NCBI GenBank assembly: GCA_051251855.1
Contig: JBPOGI010000005.1
Coordinates: forward strand, 294,742-358,741
Direction of reading: 5' to 3'
DNA length: 64,000 nucleotides
DNA from: Roseibacillus sp.
GTDB lineage: Bacteria; Verrucomicrobiota; Verrucomicrobiia; Verrucomicrobiales; Akkermansiaceae
Shown: positions 39,119 through 50,705 of the stretch, one piece after another
Layout: each line of letters starts with the position of its first letter
Numbering within the stretch: the first letter of the stretch is position 1
Program-made: the position numbers and the translations under genes
The notes under the pieces: model-generated
Told to the model about the DNA's origin: nothing
What the model saw: the letters and a program-made list of their open reading frames with translations, nothing else
Database searches by the model: none

Positions 39119-41014
39119 ATGATTTCTCTAGTACTGACCGGTGGCATCGCCAGCGGCAAATCGACCTTGGCTAATCTTCTTTCTCAAAAAATTGAGAATC
39201 TTCTCTTGTTCGATAGTGATGCCGAAGTCGCCCAACTGTTAACTGAGCCCGACGTACTTGATGAGGTCAGAGCTTCTCTGGGAGATGGTTGTTTTGAAGC
39301 GGGAGAGCTCGACAAGTCCAAGGTCCGCAAGTTGGTGTTCTCGGACGTTTCTGCTAAGCAGAAGCTTGAGGCAATTCTTCATCCCAAGGTGCGAGAGCGT
39401 CTGGGAGAGATGTCTCGTAAGGGACAGCGCGAAGGAGCTGATGTGCTCCTCGCTGATATTCCACTCTATTTCGAGACGGGTTGGAAGTGGGACAACCGCG
39501 GGGTGCTGGTAACCGCTTGTCCAAGAGAGGTTCAGAAAAAGCGTATTGGAAAGAGACCGGGGATTGATGAAGAGGTAGCGGAGTCGATTCTCTCGAACCA
39601 ATTGCCTTGGGAGGAGAAAATTGCAGGGGCGGACCAAGTATTCTGGACCTCGGGCGAAGCGGCCTTCCTTGCTGAACAGGTGGAGGTATTCGTGACTAAG
39701 CTCAATGGTCGTATTGAGCATGATCGTGAAAAACGAGGACCTGTCTGTAATGTCGAAGTTCCGGCAGTCGCAGATCTTAACGAGTTAAGGACGCGTCCTT
39801 TGGTTGATTTACTTCAGCTTGCGAGTGACCTCCAAATCAAGAATACGGGAGCGGAAAAAGGGAAATTGGTTTTTGATATCTTTTGCAAGCTCGGGAACTT
39901 TGGGAGTGATCTTCAAGCGACGGGAGTGGTTGAGAAAACAAAGGATAGCTTTGCGATGTTACGTGATCCGGGTCGCAGCTTCAAACCTGGGCCGGATGAT
40001 GTCTATTTGGGGGCTAATCAGGTGAAGGATTATCGCTTGGGAGAGGGGCATCTCGTGAAGGTGAGAGTGCGTCCGCCTCGGGGTCGGGACAATTATCTTT
40101 CGGCAAGTGAGCTTATTGAGATTGAGAAGCGGCCTGCTTCACAATTTACAGCGGGTGACGAGTTTGACGTGCTGACTTCTGAGTTTCCGGAAGACCGCTT
40201 TCACCTTGAGACGAATGACGAGAAAGACCTGGCCGTTCGCCTTGTCGATTTGGTAGCTCCGTTAGGCAAAGGTCAACGAGGTCTCATTGTCGCTCCACCG
40301 CGGGGAGGAAAGACGGTGCTCCTAAAGCAAATTGCGCGATCCTTGCAAAGTAATCATCCTGAGGTGGAACTTGTGATTCTTCTGCTTGATGAGCGCCCAG
40401 AGGAGGTGAGCGATTTTGAAGATACGGTAGATGCGGTGGTCTTTAGTTCTACTTTCGATGAGACTTCCAAGCGTCACGCTCAAGTTTCAGACCTAGTTCT
40501 TTCGAGAGCGCGTCGCATGGTAGAGGACGGAAAAGATGTCGTGATTCTGCTCGATAGTCTGACTCGATTAGCTCGAGGCTATAATAATGCGGCCAGTGGT
40601 GGCCCCATTGGTTCGGGCGGAGTAAATCCTACAGCTCTTGCCAAGGCGCGTAAGTTCTTTGGGGCGGCACGAAATGTGGTCGATGGTGGCAGTCTTACCA
40701 TTTTGGCTACTTGCCTCGTTGAGACGGAGAGCCGCATGGATGATGTGATCTTCGAGGAGCTCAAGGGGACAGGAAACATGGAGATCCGTCTTGATCGTGA
40801 TCTTGCCGAGCGTCGGATTTACCCTGCGATTCACATTCACCAAAGTGGAACCCGAAATGATGATCGTCTGTATCACCAAGAGGAGCTTCCTCGGGTTATT
40901 GATTTACGGCGTCATCTTGCTTCGATGCCGATTGGAGAGGCTGTGGAGACCTTGATGAAGCAGCTGAAGGCAACAAAGACCAATGCTGAATTTCTCCTCA
41001 AGGGGCTTCGCTAG
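39119..41014 (+). CDS. coaE-rho: Fusion of dephospho-CoA kinase (N-terminal) and transcription termination factor Rho (C-terminal)
   Basis: Coa[27 protein letters not shown]. Rho: [46 protein letters not shown]. One uninterrupted ORF. Confidence 0.93.
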   Translation: MISLVLTGGIASGKSTLANLLSQKIENLLLFDSDAEVAQLLTEPDVLDEVRASLGDGCFEAGELDKSKVRKLVFSDVSAKQKLEAILHPKVRERLGEMSRKGQREGADVLLADIPLYFETGWKWDNRGVLVTACPREVQKKRIGKRPGIDEEVAESILSNQLPWEEKIAGADQVFWTSGEAAFLAEQVEVFVTKLNGRIEHDREKRGPVCNVEVPAVADLNELRTRPLVDLLQLASDLQIKNTGAEKGKLVFDIFCKLGNFGSDLQATGVVEKTKDSFAMLRDPGRSFKPGPDDVYLGANQVKDYRLGEGHLVKVRVRPPRGRDNYLSASELIEIEKRPASQFTAGDEFDVLTSEFPEDRFHLETNDEKDLAVRLVDLVAPLGKGQRGLIVAPPRGGKTVLLKQIARSLQSNHPEVELVILLLDERPEEVSDFEDTVDAVVFSSTFDETSKRHAQVSDLVLSRARRMVEDGKDVVILLDSLTRLARGYNNAASGGPIGSGGVNPTALAKARKFFGAARNVVDGGSLTILATCLVETESRMDDVIFEELKGTGNMEIRLDRDLAERRIYPAIHIHQSGTRNDDRLYHQEELPRVIDLRRHLASMPIGEAVETLMKQLKATKTNAEFLLKGLR

Positions 41015-41027
41015 AAGGAGAGAAGGA

Positions 41028-42323
41028 TTAGAAGGGGGAATCCCAGTAACCTTCGTCCCATACCCAGAACTCGAGGTCGAGCTTGGCCTGAGCGAGCTGG
41101 TTGCTCTCTAGTTGATTGAGGAGGCCCTTCATCTCTGCGAAATACTTGAGTATGAGTTCAGGTTGATTGGGGGGAGGATTAGATTTTGCTCTGCTGATCT
41201 GATTCTTGAGCTTCTCTTCCTTTTCGATGAGATCTCTATAAGTCGACTTGACCCGCTGGAGGCCATAGTTCTCTCGCTCAAGCCTCTGAGCGAGTTGGCT
41301 GCGGAGAAGTTTGACTCTCTCCTTGGCGACTCGGGCGCTCTTAGCTTGGCGACCGGAGAGGTCAAAGCTCTTATTCATGGAGCCAAAAAGGCGAATATCA
41401 CCAATCTTGGGATCGGTTTCGGTGCGGGAGTCGTAGAAGGTGGGAAGTGAGACTCCGGTGCTGAAAGAGGGAAGGCGGTCGAACTTCAATTTCCACAGTT
41501 GAGCGAGGCTGGCTTCAAGTTGTCCCGCAGCTTGCTTGAGCGCGAGGCGGCCGTATCCATTCTCGGTCGTGACTTGGTCGAGCCGATTCCGGTAAGAAAT
41601 GGATGGGGCAGTTTTTGGGACTGGGCTCCAGCTTTGGCCGGGGGTGTCGAGGAGAGAGTTCAGGGAGAGTTCCAGTCGGTCTCGTTGGTTTTTGAGGGAG
41701 GTTTCAGCGCTTTCTTTGGCTAAGCGAGAGGCGAGAAGTTCATCTAGAGTGGTGGGGAGCTTTTGATTTTGGAGTTCCAGCGCACCTCGTTCAATTTGCT
41801 CTTGGGTACGGAAGATTGAGTAGAGATTGGAATGGAGCCGTCGCTTGAGAAGCTCGAAGTCGAGGGATGCTTGGTAGTATTGGAGCTCTAAGGTGTATCG
41901 GCGGGCGTAGAGGCCAAGTGGTTCTGGTAAGGCGACGTTCCCGAGAAGGCGTACGCCATAGCTGTCCTCGGTCAGACTAGAAAGCTCGCCAAGAGCGCTA
42001 CTTAAGTTTGCAACAGCGAACAGCCGGGGACTTAGTTGTTGCCAATAGAATTTCTTCCGATCTTCTTCGAGTTGAGACAGGCGAGTTTGGGCCTGTCGGT
42101 AACTGGTGTTGCTTTCCTCAATGAGGGTGATTGCTTGAGGCCAATTGAGCTTACGGGACCCAAAGGAGGGAGCCTTGCGATTGCTAAGGTCCTGCTGGAG
42201 TTGTTCGACTTCTTGGTAGCTGCTCGTGAGTCGCTCGCGAAGTCGCGACTGAACACAGCTCGCTACTGATCCTGAAACAAGGATGATAGCAAGAAGTCGA
42301 CTGCAATGACCTCTGATTTTCAG
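41028..42323 (-). CDS. Probable TolC/outer-membrane-factor-like lipoprotein, 431 aa, non-canonical (CTG?) start
   Basis: Frame open for 278 codons upstream of the track's TTG 41489; N-terminus (L)KIRGHCSRLLAIILVSGSVASC has a lipobox; helical coiled-coil pattern. Confidence 0.7.
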   Translation of the reverse strand: MKIRGHCSRLLAIILVSGSVASCVQSRLRERLTSSYQEVEQLQQDLSNRKAPSFGSRKLNWPQAITLIEESNTSYRQAQTRLSQLEEDRKKFYWQQLSPRLFAVANLSSALGELSSLTEDSYGVRLLGNVALPEPLGLYARRYTLELQYYQASLDFELLKRRLHSNLYSIFRTQEQIERGALELQNQKLPTTLDELLASRLAKESAETSLKNQRDRLELSLNSLLDTPGQSWSPVPKTAPSISYRNRLDQVTTENGYGRLALKQAAGQLEASLAQLWKLKFDRLPSFSTGVSLPTFYDSRTETDPKIGDIRLFGSMNKSFDLSGRQAKSARVAKERVKLLRSQLAQRLERENYGLQRVKSTYRDLIEKEEKLKNQISRAKSNPPPNQPELILKYFAEMKGLLNQLESNQLAQAKLDLEFWVWDEGYWDSPF

Positions 42324-42345
42324 GACCAGAGAAGGGGTTGGGTGA

Positions 42346-43338
42346 CTAGATGCTCAAGTCAAATCTTCCTGCTGACCCGTCGTCTCCCACATAGGTGCCT
42401 GCATCAACGGTCTCGAAGGTGAGGGTGTAAATAACGCTGACGGGGAATGGCTCAATGGTGCCTGCGGAAAATTCGATCTCTAGAGTAACGTCATCGGTGC
42501 CTCTTTGCTGCCGTGTTTCATAATCGACTCCTTCATATTGAGCATCTGTGAGCTCATCATCTACGAGAACGGTGCCGACCTCGCGGACGGGGTTGTCGTC
42601 GTTGAACTGACTGGAGCCCGATCCGGTAGCTCCGAAGAGAAAGGACCTGTTGAAGCTCTGATCTTCCGTGGTTGCGCTGTCCAATAATTGAAGAAATGTC
42701 CCTTGAAACGTGGCATCCGTAAACTCACTAAAGCCGCCGTAATCGGTCGAAAATCCGACGGGAACACTGCCTCCTGCGGTCAGGGCAAGGTCTGAGTTGA
42801 ATTCACCAGTAAGGAAGGCGTTAGTGACGTTTGTCTCCATCACCATCTCCAGGCTTGTGATGACCGCTGTGCCCGAATCGTTAAATAAAATGGTCAAGGA
42901 AATTGGAGTGGCAGGAGTCGCGCCTGTGAATAGGTTGATTCCGTCGGGTGGAGTGTCAAAGATGACCGAATCGCCCCAAAATTCAATGACGCCAGACGAT
43001 TGTCCGATGGGAGTGAACCGATATGAGGCTGCGTCGAACTGGTCAGGAAACTGAAAGTCTACCGCGCCTCCTCCTCCCGCCGCAGGGATGAGGGAAACAG
43101 TGCCGCCTGTTCCGCGGTCGAAGTTGCTGATGCCACCAATTTCGATGGGACCAGTCTGCCCACGAGATGCGATGAAGTCCATGGAAGCTCCTCCAAAGTT
43201 GGTGAATGTGAGGGTCGTTCCGCTGAGGCTGTTAGGCCCTCTGCGGTCCCCATCAGAATCGCTCCCTTCGCAACTCAGGAGAAATAAGGAAACTGGAATC
43301 AGTGCGGACGTGAGGAGTATCTTCGAAAATGCGTTCAT
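42346..43338 (-). CDS. Acidic, Gly/Ser/Thr-rich lipoprotein of unknown function
   Basis: Lipobox LLSC; beta-rich composition. Confidence 0.8.
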   Translation of the reverse strand: MNAFSKILLTSALIPVSLFLLSCEGSDSDGDRRGPNSLSGTTLTFTNFGGASMDFIASRGQTGPIEIGGISNFDRGTGGTVSLIPAAGGGGAVDFQFPDQFDAASYRFTPIGQSSGVIEFWGDSVIFDTPPDGINLFTGATPATPISLTILFNDSGTAVITSLEMVMETNVTNAFLTGEFNSDLALTAGGSVPVGFSTDYGGFSEFTDATFQGTFLQLLDSATTEDQSFNRSFLFGATGSGSSQFNDDNPVREVGTVLVDDELTDAQYEGVDYETRQQRGTDDVTLEIEFSAGTIEPFPVSVIYTLTFETVDAGTYVGDDGSAGRFDLSI

Positions 43339-43397
43339 GAAAATTCAGATGATGCGTTGCTTAGGCGCTTGGTCTAGATTAATTAGGGATTTCTTGC

Positions 43398-44630
43398 ATG
43401 AAGGTCAAAAACAAAAATAAGGTCTCTCACCTGATTTGTGCCAAGGAGGAGCGTCACTCGCATTACTTTCTAGCGGGGATAGGCTCTTGGCTCTTGTTGA
43501 GTCTCTTTGTTTCTCTCTCGCTAATGGGGCGAGCCTTAGCTGAGGAGACTGATGAAGAGCCATTTATGGCGACTGGGTTTCCGCTTTCTGATCAAATGTG
43601 GCTCACAACTGCTCGAGTGGAGCTGAGGCCCTCCAAGAGCAAAGTTTTCTATGCTCGAGGGTCGGGTGAGGTTCGAGTTCTGGTTTCCAACGGAAGTGAG
43701 TTGATGGAAGGGCAGGTTTGGGCTGTATCCGACGAGTCGAGAGTGGGGCTCGATTCTGAAGCTTTGGAGCTGGATCGGGCTGCTCTTCAAGAGACTCTGG
43801 CTGAACTGGAGGTGGCGAGGGAAGATGATTTACTTCAGCTAGAGAAGAAGTTGGCAACGATTGCGGTAGAAAGGGGACGTTTGGAGGCGTTGCTTTTGGA
43901 AGACGAGGTGTCCGGTGAAGAGAGTTTGATAGAGCTTGTGGAGGAGGGCCTGAAAACTTCGGATTTGGAGCGTGATCGGTTGTTGTCCAGCAAGGCAGAT
44001 TTGAATGCGAGGACTCGTATCGATGCTGCGCGCGCGCGCGCCGAGTTGGATTTTCGTCGACGCGAGGCGGATACGTTGCGCCTTAGAAAGGCCTCTGAGT
44101 TTCGCGCGACCTTCGAGGGAGAATTGACTTATTTGGGGATGCTTGCTGAGCGGGTGAAGCACGTTCCTGCCCTGGTGGAGGTGGAGATCGGTGACCCCCT
44201 AGCAGTCTTACATAATGAGAACCACTACGAGGTCTTTATGGTTGTCCAGTCTTCGATCTTGGAGGAGGTCGCCAAGGAATCACTCTTTTTACGGATCGAT
44301 CGATTGCGCAAAGATCGGATGATTGAAGCGGCATTTGGACGGACGGAAGTGAATCCTCAAGATAAGCTCTTGAGCGAAACGCTTGTTTTTACAGTGGCTG
44401 AGGAAGATGTGGAGAGGGCTCAAAAGCGGACGTTAGGACTCTCGATGGCAACCATCTATACCCGATTGGAAAAAGAGTGCTACCTAGTGCCGAAGGCGGA
44501 GTTCCTCAAGCGTCTGCCCGAGGGACAAGAGGTCTCAAGCTGGAGCGAGGTGGTGAGGGGGTTTTGGCCTCAGGCTAAGATCGAAGTGATAGGCCAGTCG
44601 GTCCTCGCTATTAGTCTCCCTAAGGAGTAA
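43398..44630 (+). CDS. Membrane-fusion/periplasmic adaptor-like protein
   Basis: N-terminal TM, lipoyl-like halves (ARGSGEV..GQVWA / ATFEGEL..GDPLA) flanking a long coiled coil; start uncertain. Confidence 0.65.
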   Translation: MKVKNKNKVSHLICAKEERHSHYFLAGIGSWLLLSLFVSLSLMGRALAEETDEEPFMATGFPLSDQMWLTTARVELRPSKSKVFYARGSGEVRVLVSNGSELMEGQVWAVSDESRVGLDSEALELDRAALQETLAELEVAREDDLLQLEKKLATIAVERGRLEALLLEDEVSGEESLIELVEEGLKTSDLERDRLLSSKADLNARTRIDAARARAELDFRRREADTLRLRKASEFRATFEGELTYLGMLAERVKHVPALVEVEIGDPLAVLHNENHYEVFMVVQSSILEEVAKESLFLRIDRLRKDRMIEAAFGRTEVNPQDKLLSETLVFTVAEEDVERAQKRTLGLSMATIYTRLEKECYLVPKAEFLKRLPEGQEVSSWSEVVRGFWPQAKIEVIGQSVLAISLPKE

Positions 44631-44642
44631 GGAGGGGAAGCT

Positions 44643-45293
44643 TTGCAAATTTCTCTCAAGTCCGTCACTTACTCTTATCCCGGAAGCCGAAAGGAGATTT
44701 TTTCGGATCTGAGCTATGATTTTGGGCCCGGGGTTTCCATTCTTAAGGGGTATTCTGGCTGTGGAAAAAGTACGATGCTGCGGCTTGTGTCGGGGTTGTT
44801 GAAGCCAAGGAAAGGGAAGATTGAGAGTGATTCTCGTTATCGACCGGGTTCTGCCGCTTTTTTGCGCAATGAGGTGGGGTTTGTTTTTCAGCAGCTCAAT
44901 CTACTGCCATTAGCTTCGGTGCGGAGGAATGCGGAATTGGCAGCCCGGATGGCAGGTCGCTCTCCTTCGGGGGTGAAGCATTGGTTAGAAGTGATGGGAA
45001 TCGCCGAGTATGCCAAGCGACGTCCATCCGAATTGTCGGGAGGGCAGCAGCAGCGAGCTGCTGTGGCGAGAGCGCTGGCGAAGGGGCCTTCTTTGCTTTT
45101 GCTGGACGAGCCGACCTCGGGCCTTGATGATGAAAACACGGAGGTGATTAAGAGGGTGGTGGCAGAAGAGCTCCCTGCTGGGACGACTTGTCTGATTGCC
45201 ACTCATGATTCACGACTTTTGAGCTTAACTGATGTTATCCTGGATTTTAATACCGGCCTACCTTTTCAAGAACTCGATTCATCGATGGTTTGA
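44643..45293 (+). CDS. ABC transporter ATP-binding protein (LolD/MacB-like)
   Basis: [40 protein letters not shown]. Confidence 0.93.
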   Translation: MQISLKSVTYSYPGSRKEIFSDLSYDFGPGVSILKGYSGCGKSTMLRLVSGLLKPRKGKIESDSRYRPGSAAFLRNEVGFVFQQLNLLPLASVRRNAELAARMAGRSPSGVKHWLEVMGIAEYAKRRPSELSGGQQQRAAVARALAKGPSLLLLDEPTSGLDDENTEVIKRVVAEELPAGTTCLIATHDSRLLSLTDVILDFNTGLPFQELDSSMV

Positions 45294-46386
45294 GAATATT
45301 GCTTCGCCTGCGACTAAGCTGCTGATTCCGTTTTTGCTCGCCTTGTTTGGGTTGATTGTCTTCGGCTTTTTGAGGGGGCTGGAAGGGCAGTTAAAGGAGC
45401 AGCTGGAGCAGGCCGACTTGCGCACCATTTTGACCGCTGAGTCAATCAGAGGAGCTGATGCTCCTCGGCGGATACAGGAGTTGGAAAGCGAGGAGCGTCT
45501 GTGGAGCGAGTTCTGTGAGCGCTTCGAGAGCTTCGATCAGGTGCCACTTTCGGGGGCGACTCGGAATCTCGACCGATTGCCCGTCCTGGCTTACAGCGGG
45601 CCTTTGTCGTTTATCGATATGCCGGCAATGGTTCCTGGCGAACCGGAGGAAGTCTTTCTTCTCGCGACCGGGACTCGGTGGTCGGAGAGGGTTGATGTTT
45701 TGATCAAGGGCTACGAAATTTCGGCGAAAGTGTTGCCTTTGCCGGAAATGTTTGACGAATATTATCAAAAGCAGGCAGTGGTTTTGGTGCCGCGCTCTCT
45801 GGTGGAGCCGGTGATGCTGGAGGGGTTTACCCACATTCAGATCTTGGTTCCAGAGAAGACGGTGACGACAGCGCGCTTGGAAGGGCTGGTTCGAGCACAA
45901 GCCAGGCTGGAAGATCGCCAGTTGAGGGTGGATTCTTCGGTGGAGGTGCTGAATCGGTTGGAAAAGCTTTTGAGCGGGCAGCGACTAGTAAGGTTGGCTT
46001 TGGCGGGGGCGTTGGCTTTGATTCTGAGTTTGATTTTAGGGGCGTTAGCCTTGCTGGAATTTCGACATGAGGCTTACATTTTGGCGCTTTTGCGGAGTTT
46101 CGGAGTGAGAGCTTGGGTTCTAGCGGTTCATTTTTTCATAGAGAACCTTTTCCTAACGGTTGGCGGGCTGGCCTTGGGTTGGCTGGTTTTCGTTCGTATG
46201 GGGGCGAAGCTTCTTCCAGGCTTATCGGAGGGTCTTGCTCCGGGGATGGGTGCTCCTGAGCTTGCGGTGGTCCCGGTCCAAGAAGATGTGAAGATATTGC
46301 TCTTGGCGTCAGTCTTGGGGGTCGTTTTGGCTGTAATTCCCGTTTTGTGGGGCTTGAGGAAGCGGCCTGGCTTGATTTTATCGTAG
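45232..46386 (+). CDS. FtsX/MacB-like ABC permease
   Basis: 1+3 TM topology with periplasmic domain; RHEAYILALLRSFG motif. Confidence 0.8.
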   Translation: MLSWILIPAYLFKNSIHRWFENIASPATKLLIPFLLALFGLIVFGFLRGLEGQLKEQLEQADLRTILTAESIRGADAPRRIQELESEERLWSEFCERFESFDQVPLSGATRNLDRLPVLAYSGPLSFIDMPAMVPGEPEEVFLLATGTRWSERVDVLIKGYEISAKVLPLPEMFDEYYQKQAVVLVPRSLVEPVMLEGFTHIQILVPEKTVTTARLEGLVRAQARLEDRQLRVDSSVEVLNRLEKLLSGQRLVRLALAGALALILSLILGALALLEFRHEAYILALLRSFGVRAWVLAVHFFIENLFLTVGGLALGWLVFVRMGAKLLPGLSEGLAPGMGAPELAVVPVQEDVKILLLASVLGVVLAVIPVLWGLRKRPGLILS

Positions 46387-46488
46387 GGAGTTGAGTTGAT
46401 CCAAGCTTGCGTTTTCTAAGGGAATCAAAGAAAGTCGGGAGCTGTTTTGGGGTTCTGAATGAATCCCGCCCTTTTCTCTTCTTTCAAT

Positions 46489-47541
46489 ATGTCGTCAACG
46501 CCTTCTCTCGAGACCCCGATCATTTGGGGATATGATGAAGCCCTCGTCTCCGCCGAAGTGCTCGGCTTGGACCTAGAGGCGGACAGTTTGTTCCGGTTTC
46601 AGGAAAAAATCTGCCTATTGCAGATGACGGATGGCGAACGTTCGGTTTTGGTTGAAACGCTAGATGTGGATTTGACAGAGCTGGCGGATCAGCTTTTAAA
46701 TCGGGAGGTTTGGCTTCATGGGGCGGACTATGACATGGCGCTTATGAAGAGAGCTTGGGGTGGTTTGCCCCGTAAAATTTGGGATACTCAGATTGGGGCG
46801 AGGCTACTTGGGTCGCGAAAGTTTGGTTATGCCGCATTGGTTGAAGAGTTTTTCGAGGTGACCTTGCCCAAGGGATCGCAGAAGGCGGATTGGGGGCAGC
46901 GGCCTCTTCCTGAGAAAATGGCCGAGTATGCTCTCAATGATGTGAAGTATCTCATCCCGTTGGCGCAAAAGATTCAGAAGAGGCTCCGCGAGTTGGGCCG
47001 CTTTTCTTGGTTTGAAGAAAGTTGCGATTGGGAGCGCGAGAGAGCTTTGGAGCGTTCTGATAGCAAGGCCGACGCCTGGAGGATCAAGGGTTCGGGGAAA
47101 TTTGAACGCAAGACGCTCGCCTTTCTCAAGGCAATTTGGAGTTGGCGCGAGGCTGAAGCGTCGAAGTGGGACCGCCCTAGCTTCATGGTTGCTGGGAATA
47201 AGGACCTATTGGCATGGAGTATCGCGAGTGCAGCCGGTCAGCGCATAGAGCCGGTCCGCTCGATGCGACCTGATCGCAAGCGTCGTCTTTTTGAGTCAAT
47301 CGAGGGTGCGGGGAAGCTTTCCGAAAATGACTGGCCAGAAAGGGTGAAAGCTCCGCGGCGAGTGCGCGATCGTGAAAGGGAGAAGCAGGTCGATTTACTA
47401 TTGGCGAAGCGGGAGAAGATTGCAGAAGGTCTGGAGCTGGAGCCTGCGGTGCTCGGTTCGCGTGCCAGTTTGGAAGCCTTTGCGGCAGGGGATGATTCAA
47501 AGCTTATGAGTTGGCAAAAAGCGGTGATGGAGCTGAGCTGA
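46489..47541 (+). CDS. rnd: Ribonuclease D family 3'-5' exonuclease with HRDC domain
   Basis: DLEADS, HGADYD, DTQIGA, DWGQRPL, YALND, WREAEA..DRP; start may be 46459. Confidence 0.88.
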   Translation: MSSTPSLETPIIWGYDEALVSAEVLGLDLEADSLFRFQEKICLLQMTDGERSVLVETLDVDLTELADQLLNREVWLHGADYDMALMKRAWGGLPRKIWDTQIGARLLGSRKFGYAALVEEFFEVTLPKGSQKADWGQRPLPEKMAEYALNDVKYLIPLAQKIQKRLRELGRFSWFEESCDWERERALERSDSKADAWRIKGSGKFERKTLAFLKAIWSWREAEASKWDRPSFMVAGNKDLLAWSIASAAGQRIEPVRSMRPDRKRRLFESIEGAGKLSENDWPERVKAPRRVRDREREKQVDLLLAKREKIAEGLELEPAVLGSRASLEAFAAGDDSKLMSWQKAVMELS

Positions 47542-47588
47542 ACGCCACTTGTGCTTTTCAAAGGACTTCATCTGGCAACAATAGCGAT

Positions 47589-48017
47589 ATGGCAAACGGC
47601 GGGCAGAGTTCGACATTGCGCTTCACTTGCGATGAGTGTGGTACTCACCTGGGCTTTGACGAGTCTCTCGCGGGCATGGAGGCACCCTGTCCTAAGTGTG
47701 GGACTGTGATCGTGGCACCTGAACCTAAGCGTCGACAAAGCCGAGTGCCGAGTTCGGGGGTGGTGCGCGGAGTTTCGGGAGGAGCTGGCTTTCAGGCGAA
47801 TGCCCGAGAGAGGGAAGTGGTGCCCTCAGGAGGAACGGTGTCCTCAGGGGGAGCTGGCAGCAGCAGTGGACCTGAGGGCCGCGTGAAGAGTCGTAAGGTG
47901 GTTCCGGGAGGAGGGAAGGTGCCTGGTGAGGTTCGGGTCTTGATTAAAATTTTAATCGCGACCGCCCTTGTGGCCTTTATTGTCGTTCTCGTGACTTGGT
48001 TCTTGAAGAATCAGTAG
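47589..48017 (+). CDS. Zinc-ribbon protein with C-terminal TM anchor
   Basis: CDECG...CPKCG, low-complexity linker, terminal hydrophobic helix. Confidence 0.75.
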   Translation: MANGGQSSTLRFTCDECGTHLGFDESLAGMEAPCPKCGTVIVAPEPKRRQSRVPSSGVVRGVSGGAGFQANAREREVVPSGGTVSSGGAGSSSGPEGRVKSRKVVPGGGKVPGEVRVLIKILIATALVAFIVVLVTWFLKNQ

Positions 48018-48069
48018 GGGGATTTTTTGACGCAAATTTGAGGAAAGAGCCTTGTGCGAACCCTCTTGA

Positions 48070-50670
<2,601 letters not shown>

Positions 50671-50705
50671 TTCACAATTTTCACTACTAGATTTCCAGTA
50701 ATTCA

